Below are positions 8,575 through 15,613 of a DNA stretch of 18,646 nt, piece by piece. Every line of letters begins with the position of its first letter. Positions within the stretch are counted from its first letter, which is position 1. The notes beneath the pieces are model-generated. The model was not told the DNA's origin. It made no database searches and saw only the letters and a program-made list of their open reading frames with translations. Made by a program: the position numbers and the translations under genes. This DNA comes from Gemmatimonadota bacterium (GTDB taxonomy: Bacteria > Gemmatimonadota > Gemmatimonadetes > Longimicrobiales > RSA9): the NCBI GenBank assembly GCA_040905425.1, contig JBBDRO010000094.1, forward strand, positions 1 through 18,646, given 5' to 3'.

Positions 8575-9684
8575 TTGATCGATCCACGGCGGCACGACAA
8601 GGCGGAACGCAGGAGCGCAGACCGGCGCTCCTACGACCGCCCCTGGCACGGGCACGATCGGCGCAGGATTGCCTCCGGCGCCCTGCTCGGCCTGGCCATG
8701 ACGTTTCTGCCCAGGAGCGGCACGGCGGCAACAGCGGACTCCTACGTGCGGAGCGGCGTAGGCCCGCCCCCACCCTATCCCGGCGACACCGCGCGCTCGG
8801 CCGCCGCCAGCCGTGCGCTCGAGGCCGTGCGGCTCCACGTGGAGCGGGATTCCAAGGCGCGCCGCGCCGCCGACGGCCTGAGTGGGTCGGAGCAGACTGC
8901 CGTGGCACACATCGCCGCCCAGCCGCAGGCCCGCTGGTTCGGTGACTGGAACGCCGATGTCCGCGCGTCCGTCGACGCCTTCGTGAGTGAGGCCGCACAG
9001 GAAGGGGAGATGCCCGTCCTGGTGGCCTACAACATCCCCGACCGGGATTGCAGTCAGCATTCCGCCGGCGGCGTGGGCAGCCCGACCGAGTACCGGGCCT
9101 GGGTGCGGGACCTGGCCGCCGGCATCGGCGAGCGCGAGGCGCTGGTGGTGCTCGAGCCCGACGCGCTGGCGCTGGTGTCGTGCCTCACCCCGGGCGCCCG
9201 CGGCGAGCGGTTCGCGCTGGTCCGGGAGGCGGTGGAGACGCTCAAGGCCAACCCGCGCACGCTGGTCTACGTGGATGCCGGCCACGCCGAGTGGGTGGAC
9301 GCCGACGAGATGGCCAGCCGACTGGCCATGTCCGGCGCGAGCCGGGCCGACGGCTTTGCCCTCAACGTGTCGAATTTCGTGGCCACCGAGACCAATCTGG
9401 CCTACGGTGAGCGCGTGGCCGCGCGCCTGGGTGGGAGCCACTTCATCGTGGACACCAGCCGTAACGGCGGCCATGTGGCACGCGGTGAGTGGTGCAATCC
9501 GAGCGGCGCCGGGCTCGGCCAGGAGCCGACCACCGATACCGGCCACCCGCTGGCCGACGCGTTCCTGTGGATCAAGCGGCCCGGCGAATCGGACGGCACA
9601 TGCAACGGTGGCCCGCGCGCGGGCGAGTGGTGGACGGACTACGCGGTTCGTCTGGCCAACCAGGGCCACTTCGCGCAGGATTAG
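8575..9684 (+). CDS. Glycoside hydrolase family 6 (endoglucanase-like), probably exported or membrane-anchored
   Basis: VLVAYNIPDRDCS, VLEPDAL, VYVDAGH, FALNVSNF, IVDTSRNG, WCNP and DAFLWIKRPGESDG motifs; hydrophobic segment near the N-terminus. The TTG start is uncertain. Confidence 0.93.
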   Translation: MIDPRRHDKAERRSADRRSYDRPWHGHDRRRIASGALLGLAMTFLPRSGTAATADSYVRSGVGPPPPYPGDTARSAAASRALEAVRLHVERDSKARRAADGLSGSEQTAVAHIAAQPQARWFGDWNADVRASVDAFVSEAAQEGEMPVLVAYNIPDRDCSQHSAGGVGSPTEYRAWVRDLAAGIGEREALVVLEPDALALVSCLTPGARGERFALVREAVETLKANPRTLVYVDAGHAEWVDADEMASRLAMSGASRADGFALNVSNFVATETNLAYGERVAARLGGSHFIVDTSRNGGHVARGEWCNPSGAGLGQEPTTDTGHPLADAFLWIKRPGESDGTCNGGPRAGEWWTDYAVRLANQGHFAQD

Positions 9685-9705
9685 TCGGACCGACCCGCGC
9701 GGGTA

Positions 9706-9721
9706 TGGCGCCGGCGCTGCA
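9706..9721 (+). promoter_or_regulatory. Candidate sigma54 promoter for the maturation-protease-like gene
   Basis: TGGCGCCGGCGCTGCA has GG-N10-GC spacing, about 50 bp before the start. Confidence 0.35.
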
Positions 9722-9771
9722 ACGGATGCAATGTTGAAGGTAGTGCGTCACCCTGCACACCGGAGGACACG

Positions 9772-10305
9772 GTGAGCCGTCCGCGACAGGCCCCACGGCC
9801 CCGCTGGCCGAAGCGCCCCGCCCCGCCATCACCAGGACGGCCCCGCCGCGCCCCCACCGTGATCATGGGCATGGGCAACCCTCTCATGGGAGACGACGGC
9901 GTCGGCTGGGCCGTGGCCCGTTTCCTCGAAGCGCATCCGCGACTCCCAACAGACGTCTACGTGGCCTGGGGGGGCACCGACCTGCTGGCCACGTCCTCCC
10001 TGCTCGACGGCCGCCTGCGCGTGGTGCTCCTGCAGGCGGTGGACGGAGAGGAACCGTGCAACGTGGTGCCGCTGGACCCCGATCGTCACGAGTTGGAGGA
10101 GGGCGCCACCGGTGACCACGCCGAGTCGCTCTGCGACACGCTGGCATTGCTGCGCATGCTCTCTCCCGGGATGGATCGGCTGGACGTGCGCATCCTCGGG
10201 ATCACGGTGCCACGGATCCGCGCGCGGGCCGATCTGTCCACCACCATGCGCGAGCACCTGCCCGATCTGGCGGAGCGTGTGCTGGCCGAGCTGGCCAGGG
10301 CTTGA
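9772..10305 (+). CDS. Hydrogenase maturation protease family (HybD/HycI-like) protein
   Basis: VIMGMGNPLMGDDGVG signature, GGTD, VVLLQAVD, H..SL, VRILGI; GGAGG before the GTG start. Confidence 0.82.
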   Translation: MSRPRQAPRPRWPKRPAPPSPGRPRRAPTVIMGMGNPLMGDDGVGWAVARFLEAHPRLPTDVYVAWGGTDLLATSSLLDGRLRVVLLQAVDGEEPCNVVPLDPDRHELEEGATGDHAESLCDTLALLRMLSPGMDRLDVRILGITVPRIRARADLSTTMREHLPDLAERVLAELARA

Positions 10306-10330
10306 GCAACGGAGCGTTTCCGGGTATTTT
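10302..10330 (+). promoter_or_regulatory. sigma70-type promoter of tRNA-Ser(CGA)
   Basis: TTGAGC, 17 bp, TATTTT, 11 bp before the tRNA; same geometry as the array promoter. Confidence 0.6.
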
Positions 10331-10341
10331 CGGGGTCTTCC

Positions 10342-10424
10342 GGAGGTGTAGTCTAACTGGTAAGGCAGCTGATTCGAAATCAGCCGGGCGCAAGCCCTTG
10401 GGGGTTCGAGTCCCTCCACCTCCG
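10342..10424 (+). tRNA. tRNA-Ser (CGA), integration target
   Basis: GGAGGTG/CACCTCC acceptor; GCTGA-TTCGAAA-TCAGC; long variable arm; G73. Confidence 0.96.
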
Positions 10425-10427
10425 CTA
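10369..10427 (+). repeat. att direct repeat, left copy (59 bp)
   Basis: CTGATTCGAAATCAG...CACCTCCGCTA is identical to 18156-18214. Confidence 0.96.
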
Positions 10428-10484
10428 TTGTGGCACAACAACTTTTCAGGGACTGACGGGTTCGAGGCCAAAACCGCTTCGGCG

Positions 10485-10506
10485 GAAAGTTGGCAGGAAG
10501 TTGGCA
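10485..10506 (+). repeat. Two tandem 11-bp repeats, putative integrase arm-type sites
   Basis: GAAAGTTGGCA GGAAGTTGGCA; the same unit occurs three times at 18003-18035. Confidence 0.85.
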
Positions 10507-10842
10507 CGGGAGCCGAAATAACGCCGTGGCGGAAACGGCGACTGACGCGGCTTTTCAGGCGTTACCACGGTAGCGGCCTACTTCTGCGACGGAGGCAAAA
10601 CATGGACGGTGCCGTCCCTTATTTCCGGCGGCCTCCCCCGCCCGTCGAACTGCTTCAACAACTCCCCCGCCCGGCTCTCGCACCGATAGCTTTCAAGTGG
10701 CGGCGTGCGCGGAAGTGAATCATAACTGGCCCGCTCCTTCACAGGTAAACGATACGCGCCGCCACGGGGGCACGGTTGGCTACGCTTGGGGTCTCACAGG
10801 GTAGAACGTGCGGGGAAGCCATAACCATAGCTGGAGGGGACG

Positions 10843-11319
10843 ATGGCAATGAAGGCGTGCAGGGAGTGCGGCACGCAGGTCAGCACAGACGCCAAGGTCT
10901 GCATCAAGTGCGGCAAGCCGAACCCCACTAGCGCCCCGTCAGGTAAGCGCGCGGTGCTATTGGCTGCGCTCGCATTCGTGGTGGTGCTGGCCATGATTGA
11001 CGGCGGAGGCGGAGGCGGAGGCGGCGAGCCGAGCACGCCCGCCGCGGCGCGCCCCGAGCACGACGCGTTCACGGCTTACATCATGTGCCAGAGCTTCGTT
11101 GAGAAGGATCTGCGCTCGCCCTCTACCGCGGACTGGCCGACCACCCGAGCGGAAGGGGTGAGCATCCAGCCGGGCGACTCCGCCCGTTACACGGTGTTCG
11201 CCTACGTGGACGCACAGAACGCATTCGGCGCCACCATCCGGAACCGCGTCATGTGCAACCTGCGCTACACGGGTAACGGCAATTGGCGGCTTGAGGCACC
11301 CGCGACGATTACCCCGTGA
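10843..11319 (+). CDS. Zinc-ribbon membrane protein (hypothetical, mobile-element cargo)
   Basis: N-terminal CxxC-x10-CxxC, one hydrophobic helix, Gly8 linker, C-terminal LRSPSTA...VDAQNAFGA domain; SD GGAGGGG. Confidence 0.8.
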   Translation: MAMKACRECGTQVSTDAKVCIKCGKPNPTSAPSGKRAVLLAALAFVVVLAMIDGGGGGGGGEPSTPAAARPEHDAFTAYIMCQSFVEKDLRSPSTADWPTTRAEGVSIQPGDSARYTVFAYVDAQNAFGATIRNRVMCNLRYTGNGNWRLEAPATITP

Positions 11320-11569
11320 TGGCGGCCCACGTCTTCGCGCCGACTACAGCATCGGCGCTCAAGCCGTGACTCGCCTGAAAACGCTTGACCGCCGCCTCCG
11401 TCTTCGGCCCGAAGGTGCCATAGCCGGGGTCGCCTGGCCCTGCCACGCCGAGCGCGTAGTGTAGCTCTTCGACCGCCGGCCCTCTGTCTCCACGGCGTAG
11501 CACGCGACGGATGCTAGCAGTGGGGGTGCTCACTGGCTGCGCTTCCGCCACGGCGCTGCCACCGGCCAC
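11309..11569 (-). CDS. Stand-alone or remnant peptidoglycan-binding domain (PG_binding_1-like)
   Basis: LRRGDRGPAVEELHYAL...GTFGPKTEAAVKRFQASHGLSADAVVGAKTWAAI. The domain spans about 11312-11503; the start is doubtful and overlaps the opposite-strand gene. Confidence 0.7.
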   Translation of the reverse strand: MAGGSAVAEAQPVSTPTASIRRVLRRGDRGPAVEELHYALGVAGPGDPGYGTFGPKTEAAVKRFQASHGLSADAVVGAKTWAAITG

Positions 11570-11990
11570 AACGGAGCCCCTGCCGCCAACGGAGGTTCGG
11601 GTGGACGCGGACCGCGGGGCGGCGTACGACCGGACCGTGGCGGCACTGGTCGAGTCTGGCTACACGGTGGCGGAGGGGAACCGGGAATCGGGGACGCTGG
11701 CCACGCTGCCGTTCCCGGGCGAGTCGGTTGTGGCATCCTCCGGCCTCGGGGTCGCGCGTGCCCGAACGGATCTACGCATCCGTGCCTCCATCGTGCCGGC
11801 AGATGGCGGCTCGCGGGTGCTCCTCACATTGACCGGACAGGGGTCTATTTCGGGGGGTATGACCGGAACGGACACCTTGCCGGAGGCTGCTTTGCGGGAG
11901 TGCCCGGCAACGGCGCCGGCCTCGTGTCGGCAGGAACTACAGCGGCTCCAGGGGTTGTTGCGGGCGGTCGCTGCACGGATCCAGTCGTAG
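11511..11990 (+). CDS. Hypothetical lipoprotein-like protein, possibly 5'-truncated
   Basis: LTGC lipobox at residues 7-10 (signal unusually short, no SD seen), followed by a plausible alpha/beta domain (AYDRTVAALVESGYTV...RESGTLAT). Confidence 0.55.
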   Translation: MLAVGVLTGCASATALPPATTEPLPPTEVRVDADRGAAYDRTVAALVESGYTVAEGNRESGTLATLPFPGESVVASSGLGVARARTDLRIRASIVPADGGSRVLLTLTGQGSISGGMTGTDTLPEAALRECPATAPASCRQELQRLQGLLRAVAARIQS

Positions 11991-12151
11991 CCCGCTACGC
12001 CCCAGCCCTGCGCACCGCCATGGGGTGTGCGCTCGTTCCAGCCTGTCATGGGGTATCAGCGGCATCGGTCATTCGTCTGGGCGGCCGGCGGCCTTTTGCT
12101 GAAACCCGGGGGCGAGGTCCGCCGCGCGCAGGGGGCGGACGCTTTGGCTTT

Positions 12152-12213
12152 CCGCCCTTTGCGCCGCCCTTTGCGCCGCCCTTATCGCCGGTCTTATCGC
12201 CGGCCTTTTTTCG
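12152..12213. repeat. 12-bp tandem repeats (4 plus 1 degenerate), iteron-like
   Basis: CCGCCCTTTGCG CCGCCCTTTGCG CCGCCCTTATCG CCGGTCTTATCG CCGGCCTTTTTTCG. Confidence 0.75.
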
Positions 12214-12269
12214 CTCAGCCACTTCATTGCCGCGTTCGTCGGTGTCGCGGGGATCGGCCAGGGCTGCGA

Positions 12270-12310
12270 GGGCGTCCCGAATCGGCAACGCGTTGCCATT
12301 TCGGGCGCCC
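12270..12310. repeat. 41-bp imperfect palindrome running into a C11 tract
   Basis: GGGCG-T-CCCGAA-TC-GGCAACGCGTTGCC-AT-TTCGGG-CGCCC with a perfect 14-bp core; C run at 12308-12318. Confidence 0.75.
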
Positions 12311-12331
12311 CCCCCCCCGACGCCTGTTGGA

Positions 12332-12964
12332 TTATGCCGCCAGCTCCCGCACGGCTTCGGGGAACGTCAGTTTCCGGTATTCCATGACCAGCGCGATGGG
12401 GTCCCAGCTCCGCCCGCATGGATTGCAAAACGCTGCGCCCTTTTTCGGGTTCAGGTGCAGGCTCGGGTCTGAATCGGCATGGAAGGGGCAGGCAGCCCAA
12501 CCGTTCCGGTGTTCGATGCCGAGCCGGGCCGCTACGTCCAGGATCGGAACGGCGCGGGCTGCGGCCAGGCCCAACGCGGGGCGTAGGTCGCGCGTTGGAG
12601 GGCGCTGCACTGGCGGGTCCGGCGCGATGCCGGTGCACCGCTCACAGCCACAGCCCGGTGCAGGTTCGCACGGCTCCAACGCTCTGCCGCGCCGGGCTAC
12701 CGCAGCCATCTCCAAGCGCAGGTGCGGTGAAGTGGTAGGGGCACCTTGCCCAGCCTCCGCAATCACCATGGCTTCGGCCAAGCCGAAGGCACGGGTTCGG
12801 ATGTCGCGGTCCGGGTGGTCAAGCCCCTGTTTGATGCGGCGCTCTATGGCCCGGCGGTCGCTTCGCGGGAGGTCTATCCAGCCCTGGCAGTCGCGCCAGG
12901 TGCCACCCTTAGCCATCGTAGTCCACCACGCGCGGCCGGCGTCGGATACCTTGGTGGTCGTCAT
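12332..12964 (-). CDS. CHC2 zinc-finger (primase Zn-binding domain) protein
   Basis: C-terminal CPFHADSDPSL...FCNPCG...DPIALVM...FPEAVREL; ATGA overlap with the upstream gene. Confidence 0.85.
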   Translation of the reverse strand: MTTTKVSDAGRAWWTTMAKGGTWRDCQGWIDLPRSDRRAIERRIKQGLDHPDRDIRTRAFGLAEAMVIAEAGQGAPTTSPHLRLEMAAVARRGRALEPCEPAPGCGCERCTGIAPDPPVQRPPTRDLRPALGLAAARAVPILDVAARLGIEHRNGWAACPFHADSDPSLHLNPKKGAAFCNPCGRSWDPIALVMEYRKLTFPEAVRELAA

Positions 12965-13263
12965 TGGGCCACCTCAGCCGGGCAGGGCTCCGCAGGGGTC
13001 CGTTTCAAGGACCGTCCAGTAGCCTCCCACAGCTGCGCAGCCTCCCGCCATGCCTTCACCACGTCGCCAGCGGCCGCGCGGGCTGCCTCCCGGTCCTCTA
13101 CTGTGCCCGATTCCTCCCAGCGGGCCAGTGCGTCCAAGAACTCCATGGAGGGCGGCTCTACCAGGTCCCACGCCGGAGCCCACCGGCCGAGCCCCGGCGG
13201 CGCCACCTCTTGCACCCGCTCGGCAACCCAGCGGGCTACGGCTGCCCCGTCGCGCCGGCTCAT
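12961..13263 (-). CDS. Hypothetical protein (100 aa)
   Basis: ATGA overlaps with both neighbours; GGAGG upstream. Confidence 0.75.
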   Translation of the reverse strand: MSRRDGAAVARWVAERVQEVAPPGLGRWAPAWDLVEPPSMEFLDALARWEESGTVEDREAARAAAGDVVKAWREAAQLWEATGRSLKRTPAEPCPAEVAQ

Positions 13264-15110
13264 TCCTCCACCTCCGCAGCCTCGAAGATGTCCAGCGGAA
13301 CCGCCGTTTCCGTTTCAGCGTCCGAACCCCAAAACGCACCCGCTAAACCCGCGTTATTCCCGGTTCCCCCTCTGTTCGGCGTATTTGGCGGGTTTGGCGG
13401 GGGTCTATCCGGGGTCCGGCCATTCAACGCCGGATGAAGCTCCACCAGTGGCGAGCGGGGCCGGCCGGGTCCCTCCTGCGATTGCTCAACAAGTCGGAGA
13501 CAGCCCCGGCATATCAACTCCGCGACAACCGGGCGGAGGTCTTCCATCGTCTCCAAACCGGGCCGGTCCCGCGTGGCGTCATGTAGGTTCTTTTCGGTCG
13601 AGCCTTCCGCCAGCTCCCCAGCCCGCCGCAGGACGTACCGCAGGTCTGCGGTCTTCCGGTCCATGCCCATCTCGGACAGCACCACCAGGGCGTGCGAGGT
13701 GAAGGCGCGGGCCAGCCGCACGCCGGCTTCCATTGCCCACCCGGGGACCGGCTCACTCCAGAGGGGCCGGCGGTCTTCGGCGCGGGCTGCAAGCTCTACC
13801 AGGGCGGCCAACCGCACGGCCTGGCCGGCCACCTTGCCCGCCCAATCCCGTATTCCCGCCAGCCGCGCGCCGTTCGCCAACCCCCGTTCAACCTCCGCCT
13901 CGTACTCATACAGCATTTCGAGGGCGTCGGGTGCGAGCTGTAGGGTTCGAGTGGTGGTGCCAGGCGGGTTGGCGTCCAGGAGGTAGCGGAGCATTGCGCC
14001 ATACCTGTCGGCGGCCCGTTCATCCCGGCCGGGCACGTCGCGGCCAGTGCGGCGGGTGCCGAGCCCATGAGGCGGGACAGCCCAGAGGATGCGGCCCATG
14101 AGCCCCCGGCCACGGAAGGCGCGAGCGTTTCGCAGCCCTTCCAGGACCGACGGCTGCATGGCGAGCCCCAGCGTTAGCGCCGGCCGTTCGATATGGACCG
14201 ACTCCCGCCCTATGCGGTCCACCCGGATGGGTTCAGCGGTCCAGGCGCGCAGCAGCTCGTCAAGGCGAGGGGTGTCGGAGTACCGGCCATCCGCTATCCC
14301 GATGGGGTCCGCTTCCGGCTCCAGTAGGGCAATGCACCCGCCCTGCCGGGCCATGAGCACAACCAGCGCTTCCGGGCTATGGTCTGACGCCATGAGCTGG
14401 GGCAGCACCGGAACGGCGGCCGTAGCCTCGTCCAGGTCCACCCGCGCGGCTTCAACCTCCGCCGTCTCCGCCTTCCCCTTCGCCGCCGCCGTCTTCGTGG
14501 ACTGTAGCGCGGCCTCCGCCACGTCCTGCCGGTCTTTCGCGCGGCGGTGAGCCGGCCCGATTTCTTCCACCCGCTCCCGTTCCCAGTCTTCTAACGGCGC
14601 CTTCATAGCCGTGTAGACGGGCGATTTCCGGGACGCTGGGGGCAGGAGAACGGCCCCGAAGATATGCACCGGCTCCCGCCAGCCGCGTCGGTCAACCTCT
14701 ACCTCCGCCCGCATCCCGCCAGCGGCGGAGACGCACGCCAGCGCAAGCACGCCGGCAAGGTCTGTCGGGGTTTGGGTAGCGCCGGCAATCGACTCGATTT
14801 GCCCCCGCAATACTGGCGGAAAGGCGTCCAGCGGGAGCGGTTCCGGTCTCGGCGGCCCCGGTAGGTTCGGTTCCTCCGGCCATTCCTCTGCCGGCTCGAA
14901 TCCCAGAACGTGGTCAACGACGCGCCCGGCCTCCGCCTCCGCTTCGCCCCACGTCCTCCGGCGGTCCGCTATGGCGAGAGCTCGAACCGCAACGCGGGCG
15001 TCGGGGTCCCCGTTCAACATGCCCCGGATACTCTCCAGGGCTTCCGCGTTGCCGGCGTCGTCGGGCGGGAGCTGGGCCAGCGCCGCCGCAGCCCTGGCGT
15101 AGTCGCTCAT
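13260..15110 (-). CDS. DUF3987/YfjI-like P-loop protein (putative replication helicase)
   Basis: PLDAFP, PASRKS (Walker A-like), DHSPEAL, IRVDRIGR, LTLGLAMQP and RGRGLMGRIL motifs, with a winged-helix-like C-terminus. Confidence 0.82.
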   Translation of the reverse strand: MSDYARAAAALAQLPPDDAGNAEALESIRGMLNGDPDARVAVRALAIADRRRTWGEAEAEAGRVVDHVLGFEPAEEWPEEPNLPGPPRPEPLPLDAFPPVLRGQIESIAGATQTPTDLAGVLALACVSAAGGMRAEVEVDRRGWREPVHIFGAVLLPPASRKSPVYTAMKAPLEDWERERVEEIGPAHRRAKDRQDVAEAALQSTKTAAAKGKAETAEVEAARVDLDEATAAVPVLPQLMASDHSPEALVVLMARQGGCIALLEPEADPIGIADGRYSDTPRLDELLRAWTAEPIRVDRIGRESVHIERPALTLGLAMQPSVLEGLRNARAFRGRGLMGRILWAVPPHGLGTRRTGRDVPGRDERAADRYGAMLRYLLDANPPGTTTRTLQLAPDALEMLYEYEAEVERGLANGARLAGIRDWAGKVAGQAVRLAALVELAARAEDRRPLWSEPVPGWAMEAGVRLARAFTSHALVVLSEMGMDRKTADLRYVLRRAGELAEGSTEKNLHDATRDRPGLETMEDLRPVVAELICRGCLRLVEQSQEGPGRPRSPLVELHPALNGRTPDRPPPNPPNTPNRGGTGNNAGLAGAFWGSDAETETAVPLDIFEAAEVEE

Positions 15111-15325
15111 TCCCCCGCCTCCAACCGCTCCAACGCGGCCCGTACAGCCGAGAGCGCCCCGGCGGGGATGGACAGCCCGCCAAGCATCGGCAGGGGCGGG
15201 TCATTGCGCCACGCCGGGGCCAGGTAGACCAACCGCACCGGCTCGTCTTCCCCGGCCGGCGTGTACTCTACCGCGCCAAGCCGTAGCAGCCGCCCGCCTC
15301 CGAGGTCTAACTCTTGGACGGTCAT
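15107..15325 (-). CDS. Small hypothetical protein (72 aa), possibly PC4/YdbC-like
   Basis: Fills the gap between the HTH gene stop (15328) and an ATGA overlap at 15107-15110; beta-rich N-half followed by GLSIP...LSAVRAALERLE. Confidence 0.6.
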   Translation of the reverse strand: MTVQELDLGGGRLLRLGAVEYTPAGEDEPVRLVYLAPAWRNDPPLPMLGGLSIPAGALSAVRAALERLEAGE

Positions 15326-15327
15326 CG

Positions 15328-15555
15328 TTATGCCGCCGCGTCGGGGCCAGCGTCGGACGTGGAAGTGCGGAGCCGTTCCTGGGCCCATTCTTCGAGGTCG
15401 TCGGAACGGTAGCGAACGGCACGCGCCGACACTCGGACGAACGCCGGGCCGTCGCCACGATACCGCCGGTTCTGCAAAAATCTCGGCGTGAAGCCCAGCC
15501 GCTCGGCGGCTTCCGCTTCGGTCAGGAGGATCTTGCGGGGATCGTGACTCGTCAT
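15328..15555 (-). CDS. AlpA/excisionase-like helix-turn-helix DNA-binding protein
   Basis: LLTEAEAAERLG...LQNRRYRGDGPAFVRV...VRYRSDDLEEW; GGAG upstream. Confidence 0.9.
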   Translation of the reverse strand: MTSHDPRKILLTEAEAAERLGFTPRFLQNRRYRGDGPAFVRVSARAVRYRSDDLEEWAQERLRTSTSDAGPDAAA

Positions 15556-15613
15556 AGCCGCTCCATGGTGTGAGTGCGTGTCTCACCATGGACGCTAAGG
15601 GGCCGCCGCTAAC

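Noticed and set aside
12046..12288. 80-aa Lys/Gly-rich ORF (GDKTGDKGGAKGGAKGG)
   Set aside because: Non-ATG start inside a palindrome, and the low complexity derives from the 12-bp DNA repeats; not supportable as a gene, though not excluded.
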